This document shows positions 13,021 to 24,900 of a stretch of DNA of 60,000 nt, piece after piece. The notes beneath the pieces are model-generated. The model was given only the letters and a program-made list of their open reading frames with translations, was not told the origin of the DNA and made no database searches. Origin of the DNA: Vicugna vicugna. Lineage: Eukaryota. Both the position numbers and the translations under genes were made by a program. The stretch is from the NCBI GenBank assembly GCA_013265495.1, contig MU057809.1, forward strand, positions 498,001 to 558,000. The letters are read 5' to 3'. Within the stretch, counting starts at the first letter, position 1. Each line of letters starts with the position of its first letter.

Positions 13021-15059
13021 CCATGTGGCCCCTGATTCAACCTGGGAGGGGGCTACACAGGGACGGCAAGACCAGGCATCGAGCACCCCTGCGAGCCATC
13101 TCAGAGGCTGGCTGCCGTACCTGCTTCCCACCCCTGGGGTTTGGCAGGTGCGGGTCCCCACAGCCGGCCAGGGTGTGCAGTCCCGAAGGGGACCTGCGTT
13201 CTTGTCCCGCCTGGCAAGCCTGGGGCAACGTCTCCAGCCCCCACCATCCTGTCTGCAGAACCCGGAGTTAGTGAGCCTGTGGCTGGAAGGTGCGGCCACA
13301 GAAGCCAGAGCCCTGCTTCCTGTCTGCCGCTGCCAAGGTGCTTCTGACCGCAGCCACTGTGACCAGGCTCGCCACACTCCGTGGTGCCAGCACCCCCGGG
13401 AGACTGCTGTGCCTCCCGTGTGCCGGTGGCGCCGGGCTGCCCTGCCGCAAGCCAGGGCCCAGGGGGCGCAGCGGGCTGGTGCCGGGGACAGGCAGCCGGG
13501 CTGGCCGAGGTCCGGGCCCCACAAATGTGCCGCCTGCCAGCTGCCCGCCCACTCTGGCCACCCTAGGAATGTGAGTAGCGTAGCTCCCCTAGGACAGCAG
13601 GGTAGGGGGTGCCCAGCCGATCCTGGGTCCAGGTTATTCCTCTCCTGGGGTCTCTGACTTCCAAAAACCATGCATTGACAGGGACACAGAGAACAATTAA
13701 GGCAGAAACGTCCATCCCTGACGTGTCCCCGCGGCTGGACCCCTCCTGAGTCCCTGCCAGTGGGACCCTGCGATGCTCTTGGCCAAGGGGTTTGAGGGTG
13801 TCCAGTGAGAGCTGGAAGTGGGGCCTGAGAGTGAGACTTCACTCTGGGGGGAGGCGGGTGTGCCCTGCTCCGTCTCCTGGTACAGGTGCGGGTGACTGGT
13901 TCTCAGAAGCCCGAGAGGGCAGAGCAGGGATGGCGGGGCTCTGCAGCTGAGAGGGCCTCGCCATCTTCACTGCGTGTTAATGCCACCAGCTCCCCTGTCA
14001 CCCCACCACAGCCCCCGCCTTGCTGACATGCACTGCTCTGCCGCCTAGAGGAAAACCTGCCACCTCAGCAGGCTGCTGCTTGTGCACAGGAAGGCCTGAT
14101 GGGCCTGCAGTGAGGAAGGAGATGACCTGTCCAGGGCCATCAAACCACTCCTCTGAGCCGTGGGCAGCGGCTGGACCGCGGCAGTGGGAGGGACAAACCC
14201 AGTCGCCCTCTCATTGTGTCTTTAGGGTCAGGCCTGGATGCAGAGTCGGGGTACGGTCTGGCCACTGGTGGCAGGGTGGCTCCCACAATCCGGGAGCAGT
14301 GGATGGGGCTCGGGGCAGGTGCCTGAGGTGGGCAGCGGGGCGGGCCGGCCCCACCGTGAGCTGGGAGCTGGGAGCCTGTGTGACTTCTCCACGTGGTCAT
14401 TCTCTGCTGGGCTTCCAGGGCCAACACAAGGCCAGCCTGGGTTAGGGGTCTTCCAGGAGGGGCTGGCTTCTGTCACAAGGCAGTCTGGTGGGTCACTGAT
14501 CAGAGGACAGAGGGACAGATGAGGGGCCCCACACACAAGAGGGGGCAGAGGACAGCAGCCAGGACAGACTCGGGCCACCCCGTATTCTCTGTGACCCCCA
14601 GGAACACCCGGGGCACGGAGTCTGTGCCAGGTGTGGACTCACTGCAGGAGGGGAGGGATCCCCCCTGGGGTGGTCCCAAGGCTGGGGGCAGGGCAGGCCC
14701 TGCACGGAGCTGCACTCTGAGAGAACTCTGCTCGCCTGTGCTGGGTTCGCCAGCTGAGACCTGGGACTTCAGGGAAGGCCCTTCAGCCCCAAGGCCTGTA
14801 AGCCCCTCCCTGTTGCCTCCCAGCATTCATTCCCCAGCCTGATCCCATGCTGCACCCCAGAGACACAGGGACGGTCAGGCCTGGCCCTGCCCTCAAGGAA
14901 CCCTAACTCTCCTGAAGGGCGGGGGCAATCCAGGAAGACTTCCTCCAGGAGGTGGCGTCCGAGCTGGGTCTAGGGAGAGGGGACTCAACAGTACAGCATT
15001 GCATATTCCAGTCATCTGACAGGGGAGAGGGGAAAGGGGACCTGTAGACACGTTAGGAG

Positions 15060-15520
15060 TGTGTGAGTTCCCTGCGGCTGCCTAAACGTGGCCACAACTC
15101 AGGACTGAAAGGACGCCCAGTTATGGTCTCCCAGCACCTGCTGGCTCGGCACTGCTGGGGGCTCAGTAGGGCCTCAGGGCTGTGTTCTCATCTGCTGCTC
15201 GGCTGGGGAAGACTGTCAGGGTGTGGGCAGCTCTGGTCCCCCGGCAGGTGCAGGCAGGGGCCCGGCTTCCTGGCTGGGCTTGCTCTCAGGCCCCGGCGGC
15301 TCCCACAGTTCTGGGCCACGTGGACCGTCCTTGCACCACAGCCTGCTTCTCCAGAGCCAGCCAGTCTGCCAGCGAGACCAAGTGTCCCATATGATGTAAG
15401 CTAACCTGGGGAGGACACCATATTCTCCGGTCTGGGATCAACTCACAGGTCCCACCCACACTTAAGGGAGGGGTCATGGGGGCCCTTTGCCCAGGGCGCC
15501 CACCCAAGGTCTCATACTGA
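15060..15520 (-). mobile_element. MaLR solo LTR (MLT1D/E-like), degraded
   Basis: tgtgagttccctgcggctgc...ccacaactcag... and tcacaggtcccacccacact-aagggagggg end motif. Confidence 0.5.
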
Positions 15521-17149
15521 AGGTAGGCTGGACTAGAATCCAGCCCCATCTCTCTGCCCCAGGCCCTCCTTCCTCTCCAGCTGGGGGTCTGGCTGTGGGT
15601 GGGTGTGGAGAAGGCCCCGCAGGTGCAGGAACAGTCTGGAAGGTGAGGAGCAAGGGGTGAAGAAGACAGGGACCCAGGCCCCAAAGAGCCTTGGAGGCCA
15701 TGCCCAGGCCCAGGAGGGCAGGATGGGCCAGGGCCACCAGCTGTCCCCCACCGTGGAAGACCAGGGACAGACGCGGAGTCGGGAGGGCACCGCTCCAGCC
15801 CCAGCACCCAGGGGATAGGCCCCTCAGTGGCCTCACTCTCCATGCCTCGTTGCAGAGACCAGGTCTAAGCGTGTTCTAACTTATTAATGAGGACGGGGAG
15901 GCTGTCTATGGCCGCCGGTCCCAATTGATGGGGCACCGAGAGCAGGTCGACCAACCCCCTGTGCTTGGAGTCTAATTGCAGGATGTGCACTTTCCGAGGG
16001 ACCCCCTCCTAAGTGCGCCCCAGAGAGAGTGGGGCTAATTGACGCTGCCATTTGCTCCCCCCACCGCGGCCCCAAGTAGGAATCCCCTGAGGTTGTGATT
16101 AAACTAAAGTGTTTAATGAAGTGCTAAACAGCCCGGTTCCACGAGCCCCAAGAATCTGATTCCTGGAAGATGAGGTTTCCTAGCTGTGGGACACCCCCAA
16201 ACCCCTGGAAGAAGGCACAGGAGCCCAGAGCTCTGGTTGGCTGCCCGTGCAGACAAGCACCAGCCTGCAGGCCCACCAGGAGCCATGCGGCTGGTGAGGC
16301 TGAGGCCAGCGCCACACCAGGGCCCTCAGCCTCCAGGTCCAGATCCCAGCCGTGGTTCTGCTCTGCAGGGTGGGCTGCCAGGGGGCCCGAGACCCCACCT
16401 GAGGGGGGTGGGAGAGGCCTCCCACTGGGACAGGCCCCCAGGGCTGGCTTCCCGGCCTCCCTGACCTCCATGGAAGCCCGTCCCAGGGCCCAATTCCAGC
16501 CCAGGGTCTCGCTCCACACTGACAGTTTCCGGTTCATTCACTTATTGAATAGCTAATGCAATCACAAGGTTTAAGATTTTAAAAGGAGAAAATGGTCTAG
16601 GTATGCAAGCAAAAGAAGCCAACAGCTGCTATGATAATACCCGGAAGCCAGTACGCAGGAGGATGGGTGAGTAAGCTACAGGGTATCCAGGTGGTGGAAT
16701 ACTACACAGCAGTGAAAAGGGGCTGTCCGCGCCGACAGACCCGTCTCATGGGCACAAGACTGAGTGAAGCGGCCTCACCAGAGAGGAAACCCCATGTGAT
16801 TCCACAAAGGATGTCCGGGCATCAGCCACATTCGTGGATCCACGGAGCTGTTCTCCTGGGAAGCAGGCCCTTTCTGGAACGTGCACTATACTCCCATAAT
16901 ATGTTTGCTTGGCTTTTTAAAGCATTTCCAGAGAAAAGATTTCCTCTCACTGTCCCCAGGCCCCAGCTCCTCTCTCTCAGACAGCCAGCATCGATGCAGC
17001 CCTGGAAGTCCTTCCAGAAATATGCTACACATAAAAGCACATATAACGCTGCCGGTGTAACAGGTGCCCTGCATTGTGATGGAGGCTTTGGGCAATGCTG
17101 AGTCCCAGGTCAACCAAGACCCCCACAGCTGCCCTCGGTTAAAGGACCT

Positions 17150-18010
17150 GGGACATGGAAATCACAACCGCAGTGAGATGTCACCTCGGCCATCACTAAG
17201 GCGGCCAAAACAGAAAAGAGGGTAACAAGTGCTGGTGAGGACGAGGCGGAAGTGAGACACTTGTTGCGGGGAGGGTGTAGCTCAGGCACAGGGCGCGTGC
17301 TCAGCCCGCACGAGGTTCTGGGTTCAATCCCCAGTGCCTCCATCAAATAAATAAATAAACCTAGTTACCCGCCCCCGCAAAAGCCCCAAAATTTAAAAAA
17401 TTAAACGAATTTTTTTTTAAAAAGAAGAAAGTAAAGCCCTCACACATTGCTGGCAGGGATGTAAAAGGACACAGCTGCGCTGAAAGCTGGCTTGGTCATC
17501 CCTCAGGCTGTGAAACGGGGCGCGGCCACCTGACCCAGCAAATCCACCCGTAGGCGAACCCACACACCCACATAAAGACTCGTGTGCGACTGTCCAAAAC
17601 GGCATCATTCACAACGGCCCAGACGTGGAAACAACCCACATGTCCATCAGCTGACGAGTGGGTGAGCGTGTGACCATACAGCAGAGTATTAGTCAGCCGT
17701 GAAGATGAATCCGGCCCCCATGCCCGGAAAACATGACGCTGGGTGGAAGGAGCGGATACAAAAGGCGCTTACATGAAACGTCCAGAACAGACAAAGCCAC
17801 GGAGACAGGAGGGCAGTGGGTGTGGCCAGGGCCTGGGCTGGGGGTGGGCAAGTGGGGCGTGCCTGCGGCTCGGCATGGGCTTTCTTTTAGGGGAGACACC
17901 TGTGTTCTGAAGTCAGCTAGTGGCGTAGCTGCACACGTCTGTGGATGTTCTAGAAACTGTGGAATTGTGCACTTCAGAGTGAATGGCACGACACGCGACT
18001 TACAGCTCGG
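17150..18010 (+). mobile_element. L1M 3' fragment interrupted by the SINE
   Basis: aacaagtgctggtgagga [SINE] ccctcacacattgctgg...tggaaacaacccacatgtccatcagctga...gttctgaagtcag...ttgtgcactt. Confidence 0.75.
17268..17420 (+). mobile_element. tRNA-derived SINE, camelid vic-1 type
   Basis: GGGGAGGGTGTAGCTCAG head (A box), B box GGTTCAATCC, then (AAAT)n AACCTAGTTACC and an A/T-rich tail; resembles the camelid SINE consensus as I recall it. Confidence 0.8.
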
Positions 18011-18409
18011 GAGCTGTGCAGAGGTGGAGAAGGACCCGGGTCCCCGGCGGGCGCTGGCGACCACCCTGTCCCCAGCTGCGGGCTTAGCCCTGCGTCCCTG
18101 CCACCAGCCTCCCGGGGGAGAGTCCTCCTCGGAGACCCCCCTTCACAGTGAGGGCTGAGGTCACGAGGCCAGTCCGGAAGCACCCCTGAAAGTCCCACTG
18201 TGGGTCGCACGGACAAGCTGTCCCCAGAAGCGTCTCCCAGGACCAAGGGCCGCCTATGTGACTGGCGGGGCCAGGCGGCAATAAAGGGGCTTGGCTCCTG
18301 TTTAAAAGCAGGAAAAGGTGACGCCGGAGCTCCCAGCAGCCAAGGCCGTGCCCGGTCCCCTGCGGTCCCTCTCTTAGTTGGCAGAAACTCTCACTGCAAT
18401 GTGAAGAGA

Positions 18410-18750
18410 TTTTAAAACATTTCTATTGTGGTAAAATACACGTCACATAAAGTCACCATTTGAACCATTTCTCAGCTCAGAGGCATGAATCACGGTCAGG
18501 ACTGTTGTGCGACCATCACCGCCGTCTGTCTCCAGTACTTCCTCATCCTCCCAAACTGAACCTCTGTCCCCGTTACACACTGACTCCCCCTCCCCCAGCC
18601 CCTGGCCCCCACCCTCTACTTTCTGTCCCCATGCATTTGCCCCCTCTAGGTCCTCATGTAAGTGGAATCACACAGTATCTGTCCTGCCTGGCTTATTTCT
18701 CCGAGCACCGTGTCCGCAGGTGCGTCCACGTTGTGGCAGGGGTCAGTTTC
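18410..18750 (-). mobile_element. L1MB-type 3' end, antisense
   Basis: tttctattgtggtaaaatacac...accatt...ctcatgtaagtggaatcacacagtat. Confidence 0.75.
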
Positions 18751-18834
18751 CTTCCTCAGGGCCAAGCACTGAACTCCATCCTCACCCTCCACTGCCGCAT
18801 CTAGTTTATGAACCATCCAAGGGGAGGCCACAAA

Positions 18835-19095
18835 AATGCGGGGGGACGGGAGTGGGGAGGGGCAAGCTGGGACTTGGGGATTTGCAGACACACACTACTG
18901 TACACAAAACAGGGTAAACAGCATGGCCCACTGTGCAGCACAGGGCAGGGTATTCAGTGTCTTGTGACCCATAACGAAAAAGAAGAGAGAAAGGAGTCTG
19001 CACTCGTATGTGTGTGTAACTGAACCACCATGCTGTGCACCAGAGACGACACATTGTAAGTCAACAATTAAAAAGTTAATTAATTAAAAATTTTA
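18835..19095 (+). mobile_element. Artiodactyl-type L1 3' end
   Basis: ggatttgcagacacacactact...gcacaggg..tattcagtgtcttgt...taactgaaccaccatgctgtgcaccagaga..acacattgtaagtcaac plus A/T tail. Confidence 0.7.
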
Positions 19096-19119
19096 AATGC
19101 CAGATACTGCCACCTTGTT

Positions 19120-19368
19120 CTCTTAAAAGCCAGCTGCCTTGCCATGGAGAAGCCCCGACAGCCGTGGTGAGGTCTAGTGGAGAAGAACCAAGAGCCTGCC
19201 CACCATCCAGCTGGGCGCCATGTGGACAAGGTGGCCTGCTGGCCCCCTGTGGAGCTGCTCACAGAGCCCCACCCAAACCCCCATTGGAGGGCAAAGTAAA
19301 TATCTGCTGTTGTCTGAAGCCACTAAGTTTGGGGGTGGCTTGTTACACAGCCATGGGTGACTGATACA
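19120..19368 (+). mobile_element. MaLR LTR 3' part (MLT1F-like)
   Basis: gttgtctgaagccactaagtttggggg...ttgttacacagc...gactgataca terminus. Confidence 0.65.
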
Positions 19369-19698
19369 CTGAGGGCTGGGCCCTGAGACACTCCAGCCTT
19401 TCAGCCACCGTTGCCCAAACGGAGCAGCGGACCAGGAAGAAGTTGGTGGATTCAGGACCAGCTTAGGATTCAGGTCACCAGAATGGGTGGGGTTGAACAC
19501 AGAGAAGGGGGCTAGGGGCAGTCCTGGAGGGCTCTGTACTGGGGGGGGGCGGCAGGACTATTGGCTGAGCTCGGAGAGGACAGGCTGGGACGGACCGTCT
19601 GGGATGCTCTGTGGGACACGCCAGGGAGGAGCCCATCGGCCGCTGGGGTCCAGGGTTTGTTGTCTGTGGGGTAAAGCAAGTCAGGGTAACTGAAGCTT

Positions 19699-20125
19699 GT
19701 GTGCAGCCAAGAACCCGTCCGTCCCAGGCAGTCAGGGCCTGAAATCCGTATGTTGACATCCTAAACCCCCAGAACCAGAGAATGTGACCTTATTTGGAAA
19801 CAGGGTCCCTGCAGACGTAATTAATTAAGATGAGGTCATCCTGGAGTTGGGTAGCCCCTAATTCAACGACCAGTGCCCTTATGAAAAGGGGACATTTGCA
19901 CACGGACACACACAGGGAGAGGCTACATCAAGAGGAAAATGGAGATCTGGGGATCGGTGTCCACCAGCCAAGGAACATCAGAGACGGCTGGAGCCGCCAG
20001 CTGCCGCCTCCCAGGGCCTCCGGAGGAAGCAGCCCCGCCAACACCTCGATCTCAGACTTCAGCCTCCAGAACTGAGACATGAGACGTTTCTGTCCTTCTA
20101 AGCTGCTGGGTTTGTTACGGCAGGA
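19699..20125 (+). mobile_element. MaLR solo LTR (MLT1B/C-like)
   Basis: aatgtgaccttatttggaaacagggtc...ttaagatgaggtcatc...gacttcagcctccagaactg...ttgttacggcag. Confidence 0.8.
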
Positions 20126-20887
20126 CCGATCCTGGCCTCACTCCCATCTGTCACCTGGGGGCAGGGGGAAAGAGCTGCCCATTTCTGCCCCCAGGGGAGG
20201 CAGGTGGGGCAGCGAGGCCCTCGGAGGCTGCTAGGCCCGTCTTGGCACCTTGGACCTGGAACACAGCCGTGTGTCCCAGCAACATCCTCACCCTCCACCC
20301 AGGCAGCACGTCACCCCGCTGACTGCCAACAATCTCCAGGGACAGACCAACAATGATTGAGCACCTGCTGTGTGCCTCACGTACATGCCCAGCATGACAG
20401 ACAAACTTCTATTCATCTTCGAAGCCCAGCTCAGGAGTTGCCTCCTCCACGAAGGCTTCCCTGCAGCAACTTCCAAAGAGGGGGGAAAACCCTCACCCTG
20501 TGTGGCCGACCCCTTACTTTTCACCATAGACCCCTAACAAAAGGGACAGAGCAATGGGAGGTCTTCTCTAGAAGCTGTGATCCCCTGAAAATCTTATCCA
20601 TCTTTGAAACAAGGGCTTACACACTGTAGGTGCTTAATAAATGTTTGTTGCATGAATGAATGGACAGATGTTTGGTCCAGTGGAATTGAGCTGCCTCTGA
20701 GTTTGCTCCTAAGGAGATGGACAAGTCCTCATGTTGCTAAGTACAAGGAGAATGTGGCCGGTTGATGCCCTGCCATGGGTACCTGCTGTCCACCAGAGTC
20801 TAAGGGGAAATCCAGGAGGTCTTCCTGGAGGAAGGGACATCTGTGAATACTATTTAAAGCACAGATAGGCTTACCCTGCCCAAATGA

Positions 20888-20955
20888 GGAAAGGGAGTGA
20901 GGCGGTGGGGAACAAGACTGGAAAGGGAGTGAGGCGGTGGGGAACAAGACTGGAA
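20888..20955. repeat. Perfect 32-bp tandem duplication
   Basis: ggaaagggagtgaggcggtggggaacaagact occurs twice head to tail. Confidence 0.9.
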
Positions 20956-21469
20956 GGGGAGGAGGGGGCTTCCCAGGGCCCCCACATTGGCAGCTGCCAA
21001 GCTCAGAATCTGCCCTCCCACAGGCTCCATCCTCAAAACCCTGGAGGGTCACCCTTGTGTCCATCAAACAGGGGCCTCCAGGAGACAGAGGGGCATGAGT
21101 GTGGGCAGACGGGGGCCTGGACTGCATGCCAGTCAGCATAGACGTGGCTGCTCCGCCACGTGGCTGTTCCCAAACTCCCGTGACCCCAGGGACCCACTCC
21201 CGGCTCTGGGCCTCAGCTCCCCATCTGTTTGACGAGTCACACTGCCCTGGCGACTCCCCCCAGCTCAGCAGTCCCAGTCCATGGCAGGCTTGCCCTCACT
21301 GCCCTCCTCACAGCAGACGCTGCAGTCTCTGTTCACCTGACCCTGACAATGTCCTGGTCAGCGTCGTCCAGGGTCCTTCCCGGCCGAGGACCGCGGCATC
21401 AGGCAGAGCAGGGAGGCAGGCGGGAGGCAGCCCTGCCCCGCGTTCATTTCAGCTCCTCGGTGGAGTCTG

Positions 21470-21930
21470 TTTGTTTTCATAACCAATTCAATATTTAAGA
21501 CCCGGCGAGCCGCTGCCTGAGCTCTCGGGCTCCCCCTTCCTTTGTCTCTGCTCCCCTCCGCCCCTCGCGCCTCCTGACAAACCCTGCGACTCTGATGGAA
21601 AATTCATTAGTGGTCTGGCCGCTCCCTCCCCTTCCCGCGTTCCCAGGCAGCTCTGCGGCTCATGTGTCAGCCTCTCCATCCTGATTATCTGGAGACGCCA
21701 ATTTCAAAGAGACATCTTAATAGTGATGTCAACGAATTAATTAGATGTGTTAATGAGCTAAAAGCAACCCAAATTAAATTAATGCAGTAATAAGCGCAGA
21801 CAGCAAAATTAGCTCCAATTTCTCTAAATGATTCTGAACTGTACACAACACCTCATCTCGCTAGAACATTACCATCCCCCAAAGCTAATCAGGAACCCGG
21901 CGCAATTAACTGCTTAATTACAAACAGGCG
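21470..21930. promoter_or_regulatory. Candidate conserved non-coding enhancer (homeodomain-motif cluster)
   Basis: Non-repetitive AT-rich island in GC-rich DNA with many TAAT/ATTA cores (gaattaattag, aaattaaattaatg, cttaattac). Confidence 0.6.
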
Positions 21931-24900
21931 CGTGCACGGGCGGGCGCACACACGCGCACACACGTGTGTGAGAAATCCGGCGGGGGGAGGATTTCGCCTG
22001 GGCCAGCCTGGGGGGCCTAGGGGCCGCGCAGCCCCCCAGGAGCACAGGCCACCGTCACCCTGCCACCCCTCACGGTCTGGGAGGCTTGGCCATTCCAGTG
22101 CAGGAGCTGCGTGCTGTGGCCAGTGTCAGGCGGCTGGACCAGGCCGGGCAGGGAGAAGGGACAGCTGGAGCGGTCCCCCAGTGCCCTGGGCATCTGCCTG
22201 GGTGGGGGGTTGGCCGAGGTGGAGGAGGGGCTGTGATGGAGGAGGAGGAGGAGCGGCCATGGAGGCAGCAGCCCAGAGCGCTGAGTTGTTTATTGCTTGC
22301 ATCAGAATCTGAGTTGCAACTAAGAAGCTAATTGTCCAGCCCGGCTGATTTCCCACTGGGCGGGAGGGCTGCTAATAGCTTCACAAGGGCTCAGGTATCT
22401 GATTAGCTGTAATTGCAGCTGGAGATGGGAGAAGGGTGAGGACAGAAGTGGAGCCTTGGGGATGGGGGTGGGGGTGGGAGACAGGGCCACAGTGAGGCCA
22501 GATGGAGGGTGAGGCCGGGCGGGGAGGGTGCCAGGCAGGTGCAGGGGAGGAGGGGCGTGACCAGAGCCGGTGCGGGAGGGAGTGGTGGAAGGGCCACCCC
22601 CAGCAGCCTCTCTGAGGACACCCCGCACCCTGTGTGTGTAGACCCGGATCCCACGGCCCAGGCCACACTGTCTCTGGGAGAGCTGTGACCCCCCAGGCCC
22701 ACCTGTGAAATGGGGACACCATCAGCCTAGAGGGCCCAGGACGCAGGGCCAGGTGATGGGAGCAGGCCCGGAGCTGGACACAGCCGGGGCCAGCAGACAG
22801 GGGCTGGAGCACCTGCCCCCGTGGGCACAGGCCCCCTGCCCGCCTCCCCTCCTCCTGCCTTTTGGGGGATGCTTCAGTCTCCTCAGCCAGGGATGCTTTC
22901 TGTTCATTTCTGATCTAGGCAGTCGATTCAGGGGGGAAGGAAGGAGCTGATTGATTGGCCCCCAGGCCAGTGCAGCCCCTCCCCCAGGTGGAGAATGGCT
23001 CTTCCCAGAGCAGGGCAGGGCCGGGGCCCCAGGAGGCCCCCAGCTGGGGGCCGGGGACAGGCAGCGCTGACAACCCAAACAGGCTACAAGCCACGCTCTC
23101 CCGCTGCAGCAGCCCCGCCTCCTCTCTCTCCAGCCCCGTCCTTCCCGTCCCTCTTCAGCTCCTGCGTGTTTTCCACTCATGCCTACATTCACGGTCCACT
23201 TGTTTTTCAACTTACTGAGTCATTTTAAATGTATCCATTTCCATCCTCACCCCAAACTGGAAGCAAAGGGATGCCGTCCCATTAACCCACCGGCCACAAG
23301 CTGTGCTCCTCATGGTGGCAAAGGGACTGTGCCCCTCCCTGCCCTTGCTGAGCTCCTGTGCTGCGCCCCTGACCTGCGTGCTCCTGGGGGATCACAGGGC
23401 CTTGGGGACCCTGCGTGCCGCAGGCAGAGTCCCCGGGAGGTGGCTTTGGAGGGGACAGGGTGTGGATTAGTTGGGAGGACTGAGGCCCTGGACTTCAAGT
23501 GGCAGGAAAGCAAGGGGCTGCCTGAGAGCCATGGGGGGCTGCCGAGGCCCTAAGACGTGTGGCCCCTGGCGTGTCCAGAGCCGCCCTGGCCATGGAACCA
23601 GCAGGGAGGTGGCCAGTGGCTGTCAGCTCCCAGCCCCACCCCCAGTGCCAGAGCCAGCCTTTACCCCGTTGGCCTCCACTTTCAAAACTACAAAATGGGG
23701 GGATCCCAGCCGTGCTGTCAAGGAACAGAAAGGCTCAGGGTCTTCGGGACCAGAAGAGACCTGTAGCCACCCAGGCCACAGGTCCCCTGCTGGGACATCA
23801 CACCGCACTGACGAGGGTGGGAGGGGCCGTGCCCACCTGGGGTCAGTGTGTGGCCCCCAAAGGTCCCAGTTCCCAGGCTGGGGACTCTCTGTTTTACAGG
23901 TGGGGAGAGTGAGGCTGGGGGCCAGGGGTGGCTGTTGGATCACAGGGGCCCACTGCATGTCTCGCCCCGTCCCCGGCGGTCACCCTGGCTGTGGTTACAG
24001 GACTGGATTTCACACAGGAAGAAAGGATTGTTTTGCTGGCACAAGTGTTCCGATGAGCCTTCCTCTCCCTGAGCAGGAGTGAGTCCCAGAGCCCCCAGGG
24101 GTGGGGACAGCAGGGTGGGAGGAGCTGCGGGCCAGCGCGGATGGAGAAGGGGCAGCCAGCCCTGGACACGGTGGCCAGTCCGGTGGCTGGAAGGCACGGC
24201 CACACAGCGACCCCTTGGTCTCCATCCTCCGACCCAGGCGAATCGGCCACGGGCTTCTGTGGATGGGGAGAACCCGGTGCATCGCCCAGGTGCTGGCGGG
24301 CACAGGCCGCGCACGCGCAGACAGGTGCGCACGGGAGGGCCACGGGCCTCTGGGAGCCCGGCCCGCCGTGTCAGACACGCACCTGGAGGCCGCCCGGGCT
24401 CCCGCAGCCCGTGCCGATTAGAAACTCACTTTGCCGTTATTTTAATTCGTCTCTGGGGCCCTGGCAGGAAAGTCATGTGATTATTATTTTTTTTTTTGGC
24501 TGGAAACTCCAGCCGCCATTATATAAATTACGTATAACTGAATCCATCAGAGGCAATTTCTTTGAAACAGTCATGGTCTCCCTTCCCCAACAACAAACCA
24601 GCCAACACCCTCTCCTTAAAACTTACCTCTGTGTCCCCAGGGGAGAACTTTCTGGCCCTGGGGGGGAGGGAGGCCTGCAGACCACCCAGAGCACCTCACC
24701 CACTGGGGACAGGGGGCTCTGAAACCCGACCACCGTGTGGTCCAACCCTGCGGCACCAGGGCTCGCTGTGTGACCTTGAGCTAGTTGCCTGCCCTCTCTG
24801 AGCCTCTATTTTCTGGTCTGTTACAGCCTCCGCCTCAAAGGGCTGGCGTGAGGTTTAAAAGAGCTGATGCCCTCAGTGTGATGCCTGTGGGGAGCATCCA

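Noticed and set aside
17268..17345. Functional tRNA gene
   Set aside because: The A box/D-arm is degenerate and is followed by a SINE-type (AAAT)n body and tail inside an L1; it is a SINE head.
19075..19830. TAATTAATTA motifs at ~19078 and ~19818
   Set aside because: They lie within an L1 tail and an MLT1 LTR respectively, so repeat sequence explains them.
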